In this document: one piece after another, positions 35,341 through 44,761 of the stretch
Layout: the number at the start of each line of letters is the position of its first letter
Position numbering within the stretch: the stretch's first letter is position 1
DNA from: an uncultured Gammaproteobacteria bacterium
GTDB taxonomy: Bacteria > Patescibacteriota > Patescibacteriia > UBA11705
Direction: 5' to 3'
NCBI GenBank assembly: GCA_964413735.1
Contig: CAYPSS010000003.1
Location: 106,626 to 170,625, forward strand
Length of the DNA stretch: 64,000 bases
Program-made: the position numbers and the translations under genes
Notes under the pieces: model-generated
What the model was told of the DNA's origin: nothing
The model's input: only the letters and a program-made list of their open reading frames with translations
Databases searched by the model: none

Positions 35341-36417
35341 ATGTTTGAAACACTTTCTCAAAAATTAAAAGCCAATTTCACTCCCGAACAGCAGGATTAT
35401 TACTTGCAATTGGAAAATGAATTAAAAGAACTTTTGGGCGGTCAAACGCAGGAGGAAGTACTTGCCAGTGGCGATCCGGAAATTATCCAACAAATTTTGA
35501 AGATCAAGCAAGAAATGCTTAATTTTGTGTTAACCAAGAAGACCAGGGAAATGGTGAAACAAGAAGAAAAAGAACAAGAAGAAAGAATATTGAGACAAAG
35601 AGAAAAAGAATTAGAAAAAGAAAGACAAGCAGTAAGTTTAGATGAAATAGAAAGAAAGCAAAAGGCGGGAGTAAGATTGACTGATAATGAACTAAAGTTT
35701 TTATATCGGATTGATGGATTTGGTTTGCCTTCTTTATCTAGTTATGAGAATAAAAAACGAGTAGAAAAGATTATAAATCAACGAAATGTTAAGGAAGATG
35801 TTTCTTATGTTTTAGGTTGTTTTGAAGATCAAGTAAGTTTAACGCAAGATCAGTTTTTAGACGGTGTAGATATCGAATATCATTATGGTAATTTAGATTT
35901 TCGAAATTTAAATATTTTATCTGATTGGCAATTACCCAAATATATTCATGGAACTCTTGATTTGGGTGGGTTAACTGAAGGATCAAATATAATTAATAGT
36001 CAATTACCTCAAGGCATAGGTTATACTTTGAATATGGAGAGATTGTGGTCAGCTGTTGATTTGGTTTTTCCTAAATATGTGGGCGATTTCAATATTATGA
36101 ACCTAACCAGAATTGAAAATGTTAAATTCCCTTATCGAGTTGCCGGTGATTTTCATGTTAGTTGTTTGTTAATGAAAAAAGGAGTTGAATTACCAAAGAT
36201 TATTTTAGGTAGCATTTATTTGTATGGTACAAGATTGCCGAGTGATTTTGAAATACCGAAAAATTTTGAGGGAAGATTGGTGTTTGATGCTTTGACCAGT
36301 TCAGAAGGTCTAGAAATACCATTCGGCGTTAAATCAGTTATTTTTTACATGATGCCAATTGATGAAATTGAAAAATTAAGAAAAAAATTCCCACATTCAA
36401 ATTTTGAAAAAAATTAA
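35341..36417 (+). CDS. Paralog 3 of the tandem family (mosaic of paralog 1- and 2-like segments)
   Basis: ATG at 35341. N-terminal about 400 nt nearly identical to paralog 2, with short blocks identical to paralog 1. C-terminal KKFPHSNFEKN. Confidence 0.6.
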   Translation: MFETLSQKLKANFTPEQQDYYLQLENELKELLGGQTQEEVLASGDPEIIQQILKIKQEMLNFVLTKKTREMVKQEEKEQEERILRQREKELEKERQAVSLDEIERKQKAGVRLTDNELKFLYRIDGFGLPSLSSYENKKRVEKIINQRNVKEDVSYVLGCFEDQVSLTQDQFLDGVDIEYHYGNLDFRNLNILSDWQLPKYIHGTLDLGGLTEGSNIINSQLPQGIGYTLNMERLWSAVDLVFPKYVGDFNIMNLTRIENVKFPYRVAGDFHVSCLLMKKGVELPKIILGSIYLYGTRLPSDFEIPKNFEGRLVFDALTSSEGLEIPFGVKSVIFYMMPIDEIEKLRKKFPHSNFEKN

Positions 36418-36434
36418 TTAGCTAATTATATTTT

Positions 36435-37175
36435 ATGAGTAGTGAATTTCCACCCGTATCAACTCCATTATCTGATGATGAAAATTATCAAGGAACGGGA
36501 ATGAGTAAAACGAAATTTTTTCGTGATGCTCATAAGCATGGTTGGGGACATCATCGACATGAGCATGTGGTTGATACCGGTGATTTGGAAACCCGTCGTC
36601 AAATAGAGCGAGATGTGAGAATAGAAAAAACCGGTGAAACAACGCCAAACATTAAATTAATCAAACAAATCAGGCAACAGGTACAATCAATTGAATTGGA
36701 TCCACAGGTTAAAGGCCAGGATCTTGAAATTCAGTCAGCCGAATTGGAAAAAAGGAAAAAAACCGCCTTGAAAATGATTGAAGAAGCTTTGAGCAATGCC
36801 AAAGATTATGTAGTGATTATTCAAGCTTTGTCTTCATACAAAAATGCTAACCGTGATACCGCTGATCGCGCGCAATGGCAAGCGGAAGTGGAGCGTCAAG
36901 ATTTGGCGCGTCGTTTGAAACATAACGCCTTGATTGACTCTTTGCGAATCGTGGCGCGTTATATTCGCAATAATTTCGGGATATTAAGTGAAAAACAATT
37001 GGAAAAGTTTATTGATGAGCAGGAAGAACGAGGTTTCGAAATTTTAGAAGTCAAACGAGTGGCTTTCCCGGAAAAAATGTTGTGTCCCGATTGGGTGAAT
37101 TATGACCAGCGAGAATCAATTACCGAATGGGCGATACAGTTAACCGAAGAACTGGGCGCTATGGATTCAAAATAA
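36435..37175 (+). CDS. Hypothetical protein with His-rich N-terminal patch
   Basis: 246-aa ORF (HKHGWGHHRHEH). Downstream neighbour of the paralog array. Followed by a terminator. Confidence 0.5.
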   Translation: MSSEFPPVSTPLSDDENYQGTGMSKTKFFRDAHKHGWGHHRHEHVVDTGDLETRRQIERDVRIEKTGETTPNIKLIKQIRQQVQSIELDPQVKGQDLEIQSAELEKRKKTALKMIEEALSNAKDYVVIIQALSSYKNANRDTADRAQWQAEVERQDLARRLKHNALIDSLRIVARYIRNNFGILSEKQLEKFIDEQEERGFEILEVKRVAFPEKMLCPDWVNYDQRESITEWAIQLTEELGAMDSK

Positions 37176-37183
37176 ACAAAATA

Positions 37184-37206
37184 AGAGAGCGTTGCTCTCT
37201 TTTTTA
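37184..37206. terminator. Bidirectional rho-independent terminator between convergent genes
   Basis: agagagc-gtt-gctctct perfect 7-bp stem, flanked by an A-run upstream and tttttt downstream. Confidence 0.65.
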
Positions 37207-37458
37207 TTATTGACCACGACGAGTCATATCAAGACAATGTGTCCAAACCATTTTTCGCAGTTCCGGCAGAGAAATTGGAATGGTGCAAAATTCACGAAGT
37301 TGCTCAATTTTTTCATTGATTCTTCGGTTACTCATAGCCAGATCTTTATCGCAACCAGTCATATTTCGGATACCGTTTGCCAAAAGTTCATCGAAAATGT
37401 CTGAAACCAACTTACGCGCATGCGGATGATCCTTGGTAATTTGTTCCAATCTTTGCAT
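37207..37458 (-). CDS. Small hypothetical soluble protein (83 aa)
   Basis: Strong SD ggaggg 7 nt upstream of ATG 37458. No family recognised. Confidence 0.5.
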   Translation of the reverse strand: MQRLEQITKDHPHARKLVSDIFDELLANGIRNMTGCDKDLAMSNRRINEKIEQLREFCTIPISLPELRKMVWTHCLDMTRRGQ

Positions 37459-37622
37459 TTTCCCTCCTTTTGGGAAAAGATTGGGAAACAGGTTATATTA
37501 GCTGGTTTTTTATTATTTGTCAATAGTTGATTGAAAAACTCAATTTGAGGTGGAAAATTATAATAAATTATTTTACCCGGTCAAAGAAAAATGATATAAT
37601 ATATTTGGTATAAATATAATTT

Positions 37623-37826
37623 ATGAATTTTTTTATTTTGGGACATACTTTACAAACAATCGGAGCTATTGCCATTGCTTTTACTGTCCTGCGCGTGCAT
37701 CAGCGCATGAAATTGGAAAGGAAAATTGATGCTAAAGTTTTTAAGGAAATAAAACTGGAACAATCAGTGGTGACTTTTAGCATTATTTTTATTTTTGTTG
37801 GATATTTACTGCTTATTATATCATGA
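37623..37826 (+). CDS. Small hypothetical two-TM membrane protein
   Basis: 67-aa ORF with two hydrophobic helices. Weak support. Confidence 0.3.
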   Translation: MNFFILGHTLQTIGAIAIAFTVLRVHQRMKLERKIDAKVFKEIKLEQSVVTFSIIFIFVGYLLLIIS

Positions 37827-37830
37827 GGGG

Positions 37831-38673
37831 ATGAATAACAACTACGAAAAATTAAAGGATTTGGCGCGCCAAATCAGACAAGAAATTATTGTTATGATTA
37901 ACAATGCTGGTTCGGGCCATCCGGCATCGGCTTTGGGTTTGACGGAAATTTTTTGTGCTTTGTATTTCCAAATTATGCGTCATCAGTCGAAAAATCCCGA
38001 TTGGCCACAGCGTGATCGGTTGGTTTTATCGGCCGGCCATATTTGCGCGGTTCAATATGTGACAATGGCTTATGCCGGTTATTTTCCTCTGACGGAATTA
38101 AAAACTTTTCGAAAAATTAGTTCTCGTTTGCAGGGTCATCCGCATAATTTATCTTTGCCGGGAATAGAAAATTCTTCCGGTCCTTTGGGGCAAGGAATTT
38201 CGCAAGCGGTTGGTATGGCATTAAGTGATAAATTGGAAAAAAACAATCGATTTGTTTATTGCCTTTGCAGTGATGGAGAAATGAATGAAGGACAATTTTG
38301 GGAAGCGTTAATGAGTGCTAATAAATATCAGTTAAATAATTTGATTATTATTATTGATCGTAACCATATCCAAATTGATGGTCGAACGGAAGATATTATG
38401 CCTCTTGAACCGGTGGACAAGAAACTACGTTCTTTTGTTGATTTGGTGATCGAAATAAATGGCCATGATTTTGCGGAAATTTTCAATGCCGTGAAAATTG
38501 CCCAAAAAAATTCTCACGGACCGACAGTGATTTTAGCTCGGACTGTGCCGGGAAAAGGCGTTTCTTTTATGGAGAATGATCCTGTGTGGCATGGAAAAGC
38601 ACCCAGTATTAAACAAGCAAAAAGAGCTTTGAAGCAATTAAAAACCAAACGAGTGGTTGGTTTACCTTTTTAG
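37831..38673 (+). CDS. Transketolase, N-terminal (TPP-binding) subunit
   Basis: SGHPASALGLTEIF motif, TPP-binding GDG...N segment. 280 aa. SD gagggg upstream of ATG 37831. Confidence 0.85.
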   Translation: MNNNYEKLKDLARQIRQEIIVMINNAGSGHPASALGLTEIFCALYFQIMRHQSKNPDWPQRDRLVLSAGHICAVQYVTMAYAGYFPLTELKTFRKISSRLQGHPHNLSLPGIENSSGPLGQGISQAVGMALSDKLEKNNRFVYCLCSDGEMNEGQFWEALMSANKYQLNNLIIIIDRNHIQIDGRTEDIMPLEPVDKKLRSFVDLVIEINGHDFAEIFNAVKIAQKNSHGPTVILARTVPGKGVSFMENDPVWHGKAPSIKQAKRALKQLKTKRVVGLPF

Positions 38674-38674
38674 T

Positions 38675-39622
38675 ATGATTAATTTTTCCAAAAATAAAAT
38701 GTTAGCTATGCGTGATGCTTTTGGTGAAGCATTGGTTGAGGCCGGGAGAAAAAATAACAATATTGTAGCGTTAACCGCTAATTTGGAGGAGTCAACACGT
38801 TTATCGGCTTTTCATCAAGAGTTTCCTGATCGGTTTTTTGATTTGGGTGTGGCGGAACAAAATTTGATTGGCGTTGCTGCCGGTTTGGCTTTGTCTGATA
38901 AAATTCCTTTTATTACCAGTTTTGGCGTATTTTCTCCGGGGAGAAATTGGGATCAGCTTCGAATTAGCGTGTGTTATAGTCGAGCGAATGTGAAAATCGT
39001 TGCCACTCATTGTGGTTTGTCGGTGGGACAAGATGGGGCTTCACATCAAGCGTTGGAAGATTTGGCCATTACTCGTTGTTTACCGAATTTGATTGTTTTG
39101 GCGCCGGCAGATTATTATGAAACCAAGCAGGTTATTCAGCAAGCGATTATTCATCAAGGACCGGTTTATATTCGTTTACCGCGCAGTGAAACGCCAATAA
39201 TTTTTGATTCCACCGTTGATTTTAAAATCGGTCAAGCGCAAATTTTGCAATCAGGAACAGATTTGACTATTTTTGCTTACGGACCAATGCTGGCTATCGC
39301 CTTACAAACAGCGCAAATATTAAAATCGTTTGGTTTAATGACTGAAGTGATTAATATTTCCAGTATTAAACCTTTGCCGGAAAAAATAGTTATTAATTCG
39401 GCAAAAAAAACAAAATTTGTTGTATCAATCGAAGACCATCAAATTTTCGGAGGATTGGGAAGTGCGGTGGCGGAGTTATTATCAGAAAAGCAACCGACAA
39501 AAATGATGATTTTCGGTGTGCCGGATAAATTCGGTGAATCCGGTCAACTGGCGGAATTGTATGAAAAATTCGGATTAACTCCAACCTTGATCGCCGGGAA
39601 ACTCAAAAAAGTTTTACTGTAA
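38675..39622 (+). CDS. Transketolase, C-terminal (pyrimidine-binding) subunit
   Basis: Typical C-terminal subunit layout (FDLGVAEQN...). ATG 2 nt after the N-subunit stop. Confidence 0.85.
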   Translation: MINFSKNKMLAMRDAFGEALVEAGRKNNNIVALTANLEESTRLSAFHQEFPDRFFDLGVAEQNLIGVAAGLALSDKIPFITSFGVFSPGRNWDQLRISVCYSRANVKIVATHCGLSVGQDGASHQALEDLAITRCLPNLIVLAPADYYETKQVIQQAIIHQGPVYIRLPRSETPIIFDSTVDFKIGQAQILQSGTDLTIFAYGPMLAIALQTAQILKSFGLMTEVINISSIKPLPEKIVINSAKKTKFVVSIEDHQIFGGLGSAVAELLSEKQPTKMMIFGVPDKFGESGQLAELYEKFGLTPTLIAGKLKKVLL

Positions 39623-39669
39623 TTATTTTTGAGTGTTAAAGAAAATTATGGTATAATTATTTAAGATTT

Positions 39670-40053
39670 ATGGTAACTCAAAATATTTTTTTCAAAACAG
39701 CGAAATTTATTGCCAAAGATTTGATTTTGGATGTTTTGTATTGGCCGATTTGGTGGTATTCCGGTGGGATGGTTCGAGCTTGGCAAAGAATGATTGATAC
39801 CATCAAACAGGGAAACGATGAATTGGCGTTGTTGGTGTGGATGAAAAATATATTTCGCCCAATGTTCGGAGATTATTCTTTTCAAGGAAGGCTGATCAGT
39901 TTTTTTATGCGAGTGATTCAGATTATCGGTCGAGGAATTTTCTTTTTGTTTTGGGTAGCATTTGCCTTTTTATGGTTTTTGGTATGGCTTGCTTTGCCTT
40001 TATTTATTTTAGCCCAACTTTTAATCAGTTTAGGATTGGTTAAATTATTATGA
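39670..40053 (+). CDS. Small polytopic membrane protein (hypothetical), translationally coupled to the downstream Clp ATPase
   Basis: 127 aa, three or four TM helices. Extended -10 tggtataat upstream. Stop overlaps the next start (ATGA). Confidence 0.5.
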   Translation: MVTQNIFFKTAKFIAKDLILDVLYWPIWWYSGGMVRAWQRMIDTIKQGNDELALLVWMKNIFRPMFGDYSFQGRLISFFMRVIQIIGRGIFFLFWVAFAFLWFLVWLALPLFILAQLLISLGLVKLL

Positions 40054-42821
40054 CGGAAAATTATAATCAAGAAAAAAATCTAATTGAATTTATTGTTTGC
40101 TCTAATTGTGACGGGCGAGGTTTTATTCAAAATGCCAAATGTCCGGTTTGTGGCGGTTTGGCAACGGTTGCTCATTTGAATGGGAAATATTTGTATTGGG
40201 GAAAAAAGATAGATCGTTTTAATATCATGACCGATCGAACAATCAATGTTATTAATAAAGTCATTAATTTGTTGTTAATGCTCTTTGGTTTGTTTGGTGT
40301 TTTTACGGTGGCTTATGTGGCTTTTCAAAATCAATTCATGGAAATACTCAGGCTGGATTATTGGCGTACTCCTTCATGGGAAAAGGCGATTTTTTGGACC
40401 GCGGTTTTGCTTAGTTTGTATTTGTATTATCGCTTGGCCATGGAAAGCTCTCCTCGGAAAAGTGTGCTTTTAAAACTGACGAAAAAAAACATTATTAATC
40501 AGTCGCAAGATTGGCAAGCTATCAAGCGACAGCCAAAGCGAAATTTAATTGATGTTTCTTTGGCGTTTGATCAATCGGCGCTCAGATTGGTGGAAGAGGC
40601 TTGGTTTTTGGCGCGGAGTTTTAATCAAGCAAAATTGGAGCGAGTGCATTTTTTTGCCACTTTACCGGCATTTGATTCGGGTGCGTTGATTTTCGGGCGA
40701 TTGGGAATTCGTTTTGATGTTTTCAAAGAAAAAATCGGTCGATTAATGAGTTGGCATTTGCAACAAAAAGGTTCAACTACCGATTTGGCGCCGGAAATTT
40801 ATCGTTTGTTGATTGGGGCATATTTTTTGGCTTATCGGGAGAACAAAAGCAAGGTGGAAATTGAGGAAATAATATTAAGTTTGGTAACCAAAGAAAATTA
40901 TCCACCGGAAGTTTTATCCCAAGATTATGTAGAGAAAATTTTAATTGATTTGGAGTTAAATTATCAAAAGGTTATCAATGTGGTGGAGTGGAGCCGTTTG
41001 CAACAAAAAATGCGGACCAATTTATCGCGTTTTCGTTCTCGGGCACGATATAAACCGAAATCCGGCCTGGATCGAGCAATGACCGGAATCGCCACCCCAT
41101 ATTTGGATCAATTCAGTGAAGATTTAACCAAGTTGGCACGCGCCGGTTACCTGTTCCCGTGTATTGGGCGTGAAGCGGAATTTGAACAAATATTTCGAGT
41201 GTTTGAAGGGAGTCGCGATGGAGTTTTACTTCTTGGTAATCCGGGGGTGGGACGTACCACCATTATTGAAGGTTTAGCGCAACGTATGGTGGAAGAATCT
41301 GTGCCTGAAGCATTGCAAGATAAGAGGTTGGTGAGAATCAGTTTGTCTCAATTGATTAGTGGTGTGACACCGGCCATGGCACAAGAGCGCTTTTTGTTGA
41401 TTATCAACGAAGTGGCACAATCGCAAAATATTGTGGTTGTGGTGGAAGATTTGCATAACGCGGTGGGAATTAGTGGCGAGGGAAGTAATTTGGATTTGTC
41501 GGAAGTTTTTGCTGAAGTATTAAAGAAAAACTTATTTTTAGTGGTGGCCACCAGTACGCCCGGTGATTATACTTCTTACATTGAACGACGCTCCTTAGGT
41601 GAGGTTTTTCAGCCAATTAAAGTAAAGGAATTGGAGTTAAATGATGCGATTCAAGTATTGGAAGCTAAAAGCGGACCGATTGAATACAAAAACAATGTAT
41701 ATTTTTCTTATGATAGTATTGAAAAAGCGGCGGTCTTATCCGATAAATATTTACATGATCAATATTTGCCGGAAAAAGCTTTAACTATTTTGGAAAATGT
41801 GGCGGTTAAGGTCAGTAAAGAAAAAGGCCCTCGTTCAGTGATTACCGCCGAAGATGTGGCGGTACTAATTGCAGAACAAACGGGTATTCAGGTTAGAAAA
41901 GTAACTGAATCCGAAGCGGATAAATTATTGAATTTGGAGCAAAATATTCATGCCCGTGTGATTGGTCAGGATGAAGCGGTGAAAATGGTGTCTGCCAGCT
42001 TGCGTCGTTCACGCGCGGAATTGCGTGATGAAAAACGACCGATTTCCAGTATGTTATTTTTAGGTCCGACCGGTGTGGGTAAAACCGAATTGGCGAAAAC
42101 CGTGGCTGAAGTTTACTTCGGTGCCGAGGATACCATGTTGCGATTTGATATGAGTGAATATCAAGAGCAGAGTAGTATCGGTCGTTTAATTGGAACTCCG
42201 GAAACCAATGGTATTTTGACCGAAGCAGTCAGACAAAAGCCTTTTTCTCTTGTTTTATTCGATGAGGTGGAAAAAGCTCATCGCGATATTTTAAATTTAT
42301 TTTTGCAAGTCATGGATGATGGTCGTTTAACTGACGGAAGAGGTAATACCATTGATTTTACCAATACTATTATTATTATGACCAGTAATGCGGGTGCGCA
42401 AATCATTCAGGATGATATTCGTGCCGGCGTGGAAATGGAAACTATTAAACAAAAATTAATCAACGAACAATTGAAAGCTTATTTTCGTCCGGAATTACTT
42501 AATCGATTTGATGGTATTATTGTTTTCACCCCATTAACCATGAATGAAATAATTGCCATTGCCAGATTATTGGCGAAAAAAATAATCAAAAAATTGGAAG
42601 ACAAAGAAATATATTTAACGATTTCCGATGCCGCGATCGCTGAGCTTGCGGAAATGGGTTATGACCCGCAATTTGGGGCGCGTCCGCTTCGTCGGGTGAT
42701 TCAAGAAAGGGTGGATGATTTACTGGCCAATGCTTTGCTAACCGGCAAGGTGACTCGACGCGATAAAATCACATTGGAACCAGGTGGTGAATTAAAAATA
42801 GAAAAGGCGGAAAGTATTTAA
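40050..42821 (+). CDS. Membrane-anchored Clp-family double AAA+ ATPase with N-terminal zinc ribbon
   Basis: CSNCDGRG...CPVCGG zinc ribbon, two TM helices, Clp_N-like repeats, Walker A GNPGVGRT and GPTGVGKT, very short linker between the AAA modules. 923 aa. Confidence 0.85.
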   Translation: MTENYNQEKNLIEFIVCSNCDGRGFIQNAKCPVCGGLATVAHLNGKYLYWGKKIDRFNIMTDRTINVINKVINLLLMLFGLFGVFTVAYVAFQNQFMEILRLDYWRTPSWEKAIFWTAVLLSLYLYYRLAMESSPRKSVLLKLTKKNIINQSQDWQAIKRQPKRNLIDVSLAFDQSALRLVEEAWFLARSFNQAKLERVHFFATLPAFDSGALIFGRLGIRFDVFKEKIGRLMSWHLQQKGSTTDLAPEIYRLLIGAYFLAYRENKSKVEIEEIILSLVTKENYPPEVLSQDYVEKILIDLELNYQKVINVVEWSRLQQKMRTNLSRFRSRARYKPKSGLDRAMTGIATPYLDQFSEDLTKLARAGYLFPCIGREAEFEQIFRVFEGSRDGVLLLGNPGVGRTTIIEGLAQRMVEESVPEALQDKRLVRISLSQLISGVTPAMAQERFLLIINEVAQSQNIVVVVEDLHNAVGISGEGSNLDLSEVFAEVLKKNLFLVVATSTPGDYTSYIERRSLGEVFQPIKVKELELNDAIQVLEAKSGPIEYKNNVYFSYDSIEKAAVLSDKYLHDQYLPEKALTILENVAVKVSKEKGPRSVITAEDVAVLIAEQTGIQVRKVTESEADKLLNLEQNIHARVIGQDEAVKMVSASLRRSRAELRDEKRPISSMLFLGPTGVGKTELAKTVAEVYFGAEDTMLRFDMSEYQEQSSIGRLIGTPETNGILTEAVRQKPFSLVLFDEVEKAHRDILNLFLQVMDDGRLTDGRGNTIDFTNTIIIMTSNAGAQIIQDDIRAGVEMETIKQKLINEQLKAYFRPELLNRFDGIIVFTPLTMNEIIAIARLLAKKIIKKLEDKEIYLTISDAAIAELAEMGYDPQFGARPLRRVIQERVDDLLANALLTGKVTRRDKITLEPGGELKIEKAESI

Positions 42822-42835
42822 ATTTTAAAATATGA

Positions 42836-42866
42836 AAAAGCTTCGCGTGGCGAAGCTTTTGATTTT
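42836..42866. terminator. Bidirectional terminator
   Basis: aagcttcgc-gtg-gcgaagctt perfect 9-bp stem with T-rich tail, between convergent genes. Confidence 0.6.
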
Positions 42867-42869
42867 GGT

Positions 42870-43097
42870 TTAACAAGAAAGATCATAAATTTTCTTAATG
42901 GCGCCGGTTCGAATTCTGACAGTTCCATGTTCAACATTTTCATTAATAATTTCAATGGAGTTATCCGGGAAAATGCGAGTTAAGGTACCGCGAAAAATCG
43001 GGAATTCGCTGTAGGAAGTGTGAATTTCAATGTATTTGCCGATAAGATCTTGATAATTTGGTCTTTTACCGGTACTTGGTGAAGTTCGTGAAAGCAT
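42870..43097 (-). CDS. Small protein (75 aa), possible Sm-like/Hfq-like fold
   Basis: Internal ATG at 43097 preceded by GGAG (ggagatcATG). The IEIHT...FRGTLTRIFPDNSIEIIN pattern is reminiscent of Sm motifs. Weak. Confidence 0.4.
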   Translation of the reverse strand: MLSRTSPSTGKRPNYQDLIGKYIEIHTSYSEFPIFRGTLTRIFPDNSIEIINENVEHGTVRIRTGAIKKIYDLSC

Positions 43098-43198
43098 GAT
43101 CTCCTCATGTTTGATTTTTTTATGATATAACAAATCAGGTAATTAGTCAATTGTAAATTATTGAAAAAATAATTGAATTCAGTTAAAATGCCAGTATT

Positions 43199-44299
43199 AT
43201 GACCATAATTGATTATTTATTTCCATTTTTTCTGAGCTTTATTTTTGGGTTGTTGATAACGCCATTCGTTATTTGGTTAGCGAGAAAATATAATGTTATT
43301 GATCATCCGAACAATGAAAGGAAAATTCATCGGAAAAATATTCCACTCATGGGTGGTTTGGCGATATTTTTAGCGGTCAATGGCGCGTTAGCGGTTTATT
43401 ATTATTTTAGCAATCAATTGTTTGATGGTTCATTTAAACCGAAAAATTTAATTGGTATATTAATTGCCGGGATGATTTTAATGATAGGTGGAATTCTAGA
43501 TGACAAATTTAATCTTAAACCAAAATTGCAATTACTGTTTCCTTTATTGGCAATTATGAGCATTATTGTTAGCGGTATTGGCATTGATTGGGTGGCCAAT
43601 CCTTTTAATAGTCAAGAATTGTGGCGACTGGATGAGTCGGTGACTATTTTGTTCTGGTTTCAAGGATTGCCATATAAATTAACCTTATTTGCCGATATTT
43701 TTACTTTAATTTGGCTGATGGCCATGATGTATACTACCAAGTTACTTGATGGCTTGGATGGTTTGGTCAGTGGTTTGGCGGTCATTGGATCATTGTTTAT
43801 ATTTTTAGCTTCGTTAGTGGTGGAAAATCCTCAATATAATGTGGCTTTGCTGGCCTTGATTTTTGCCGGAGCGGTTTTGGCTTTTTGGCTGTTTAATTTT
43901 AATCCGGCCAAAGTATTTTTGGGTGAAGGAGGTAGTTTGTATATTGGTTTTATGCTTGGGGTGTTATCTATCATTAGTGGTAGCAAGGTGGCGATAACCC
44001 TGATTATTATGGGGATTCCTTTGCTTGATATGCTTTGGACTATTGTTCGGCGTTTAATGGAACACAAAAATCCTTTGACTTCAGCGGACAAAAAGCATTT
44101 GCACCATCGATTTTTAGCCGCCGGTTTTTCAGTTAAGCAAACCAGTTTAATTTTGTATATTATTTCGCTAATTTTAGGCGTTTCTGCCTTGCTATTACAA
44201 CAATATAATTACGGATATTTAGTGGTGGGCTTGGCCGTTTTGTTATTTTTCATGTTAATTACCGGATATTTGTATAAAATTACCAAAGAAAAGTCATGA
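43199..44299 (+). CDS. Glycosyltransferase family 4 polyprenyl-phosphate sugar-1-phosphate transferase (MraY/WecA-like)
   Basis: About 10 TM helices, DDKFNL motif in a cytoplasmic loop. 366 aa. Confidence 0.75.
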   Translation: MTIIDYLFPFFLSFIFGLLITPFVIWLARKYNVIDHPNNERKIHRKNIPLMGGLAIFLAVNGALAVYYYFSNQLFDGSFKPKNLIGILIAGMILMIGGILDDKFNLKPKLQLLFPLLAIMSIIVSGIGIDWVANPFNSQELWRLDESVTILFWFQGLPYKLTLFADIFTLIWLMAMMYTTKLLDGLDGLVSGLAVIGSLFIFLASLVVENPQYNVALLALIFAGAVLAFWLFNFNPAKVFLGEGGSLYIGFMLGVLSIISGSKVAITLIIMGIPLLDMLWTIVRRLMEHKNPLTSADKKHLHHRFLAAGFSVKQTSLILYIISLILGVSALLLQQYNYGYLVVGLAVLLFFMLITGYLYKITKEKS

Positions 44300-44306
44300 A
44301 CAAGAC

Positions 44307-44335
44307 TTGACTTAATGAAAATTATTGTGTATTAT
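44307..44335 (+). promoter_or_regulatory. Sigma70-like promoter for rplU (TTGACT-17-TATTAT)
   Basis: ttgact at 44307-44312, 17-nt spacer, tattat at 44330-44335. Confidence 0.45.
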
Positions 44336-44364
44336 ATACGCAGACTATTTATTAACTACAAAAT

Positions 44365-44751
44365 ATGAATTTAGCAGTAATCAAAACAGGTGGCAAGCAA
44401 TATAAAGTCACACAAGGACAAGTATTAAAAGTGGAAAAACTCGTCGGTGAAAAAGGTGATAAAATAAATTTTGATCAGGTTTTATTAATGGCCAAGGCTG
44501 ATGGCAGTGAAGTGGTGGTTGGTCAACCAACGGTGGAAGGTAAAACCATTGAAGCGGAAATTTTGGAACAAGGCCGTGATCGAAAAGTCCGAGTGGTAAA
44601 ATACAAAGCTAAAGTTCGTTATCACAAAGTTTATGGTCATCGTCAACATTTTACCAAGGTAAAAATCAGTGGTTTGGAACAAGCCGTCACTTCAGCGCCG
44701 AAAAAAGCTACGGTTAAAAAAACAACGACCAAAAAAACAGCAACAAAATAA
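44365..44751 (+). CDS. rplU: 50S ribosomal protein L21 with Lys/Thr-rich C-terminal extension
   Basis: MNLAVIKTGGKQYKVTQGQVLKVEKL. Basic C-terminal tail (KKATVKKTTTKKTATK). Confidence 0.85.
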   Translation: MNLAVIKTGGKQYKVTQGQVLKVEKLVGEKGDKINFDQVLLMAKADGSEVVVGQPTVEGKTIEAEILEQGRDRKVRVVKYKAKVRYHKVYGHRQHFTKVKISGLEQAVTSAPKKATVKKTTTKKTATK

Positions 44752-44761
44752 ATTCTTATAT

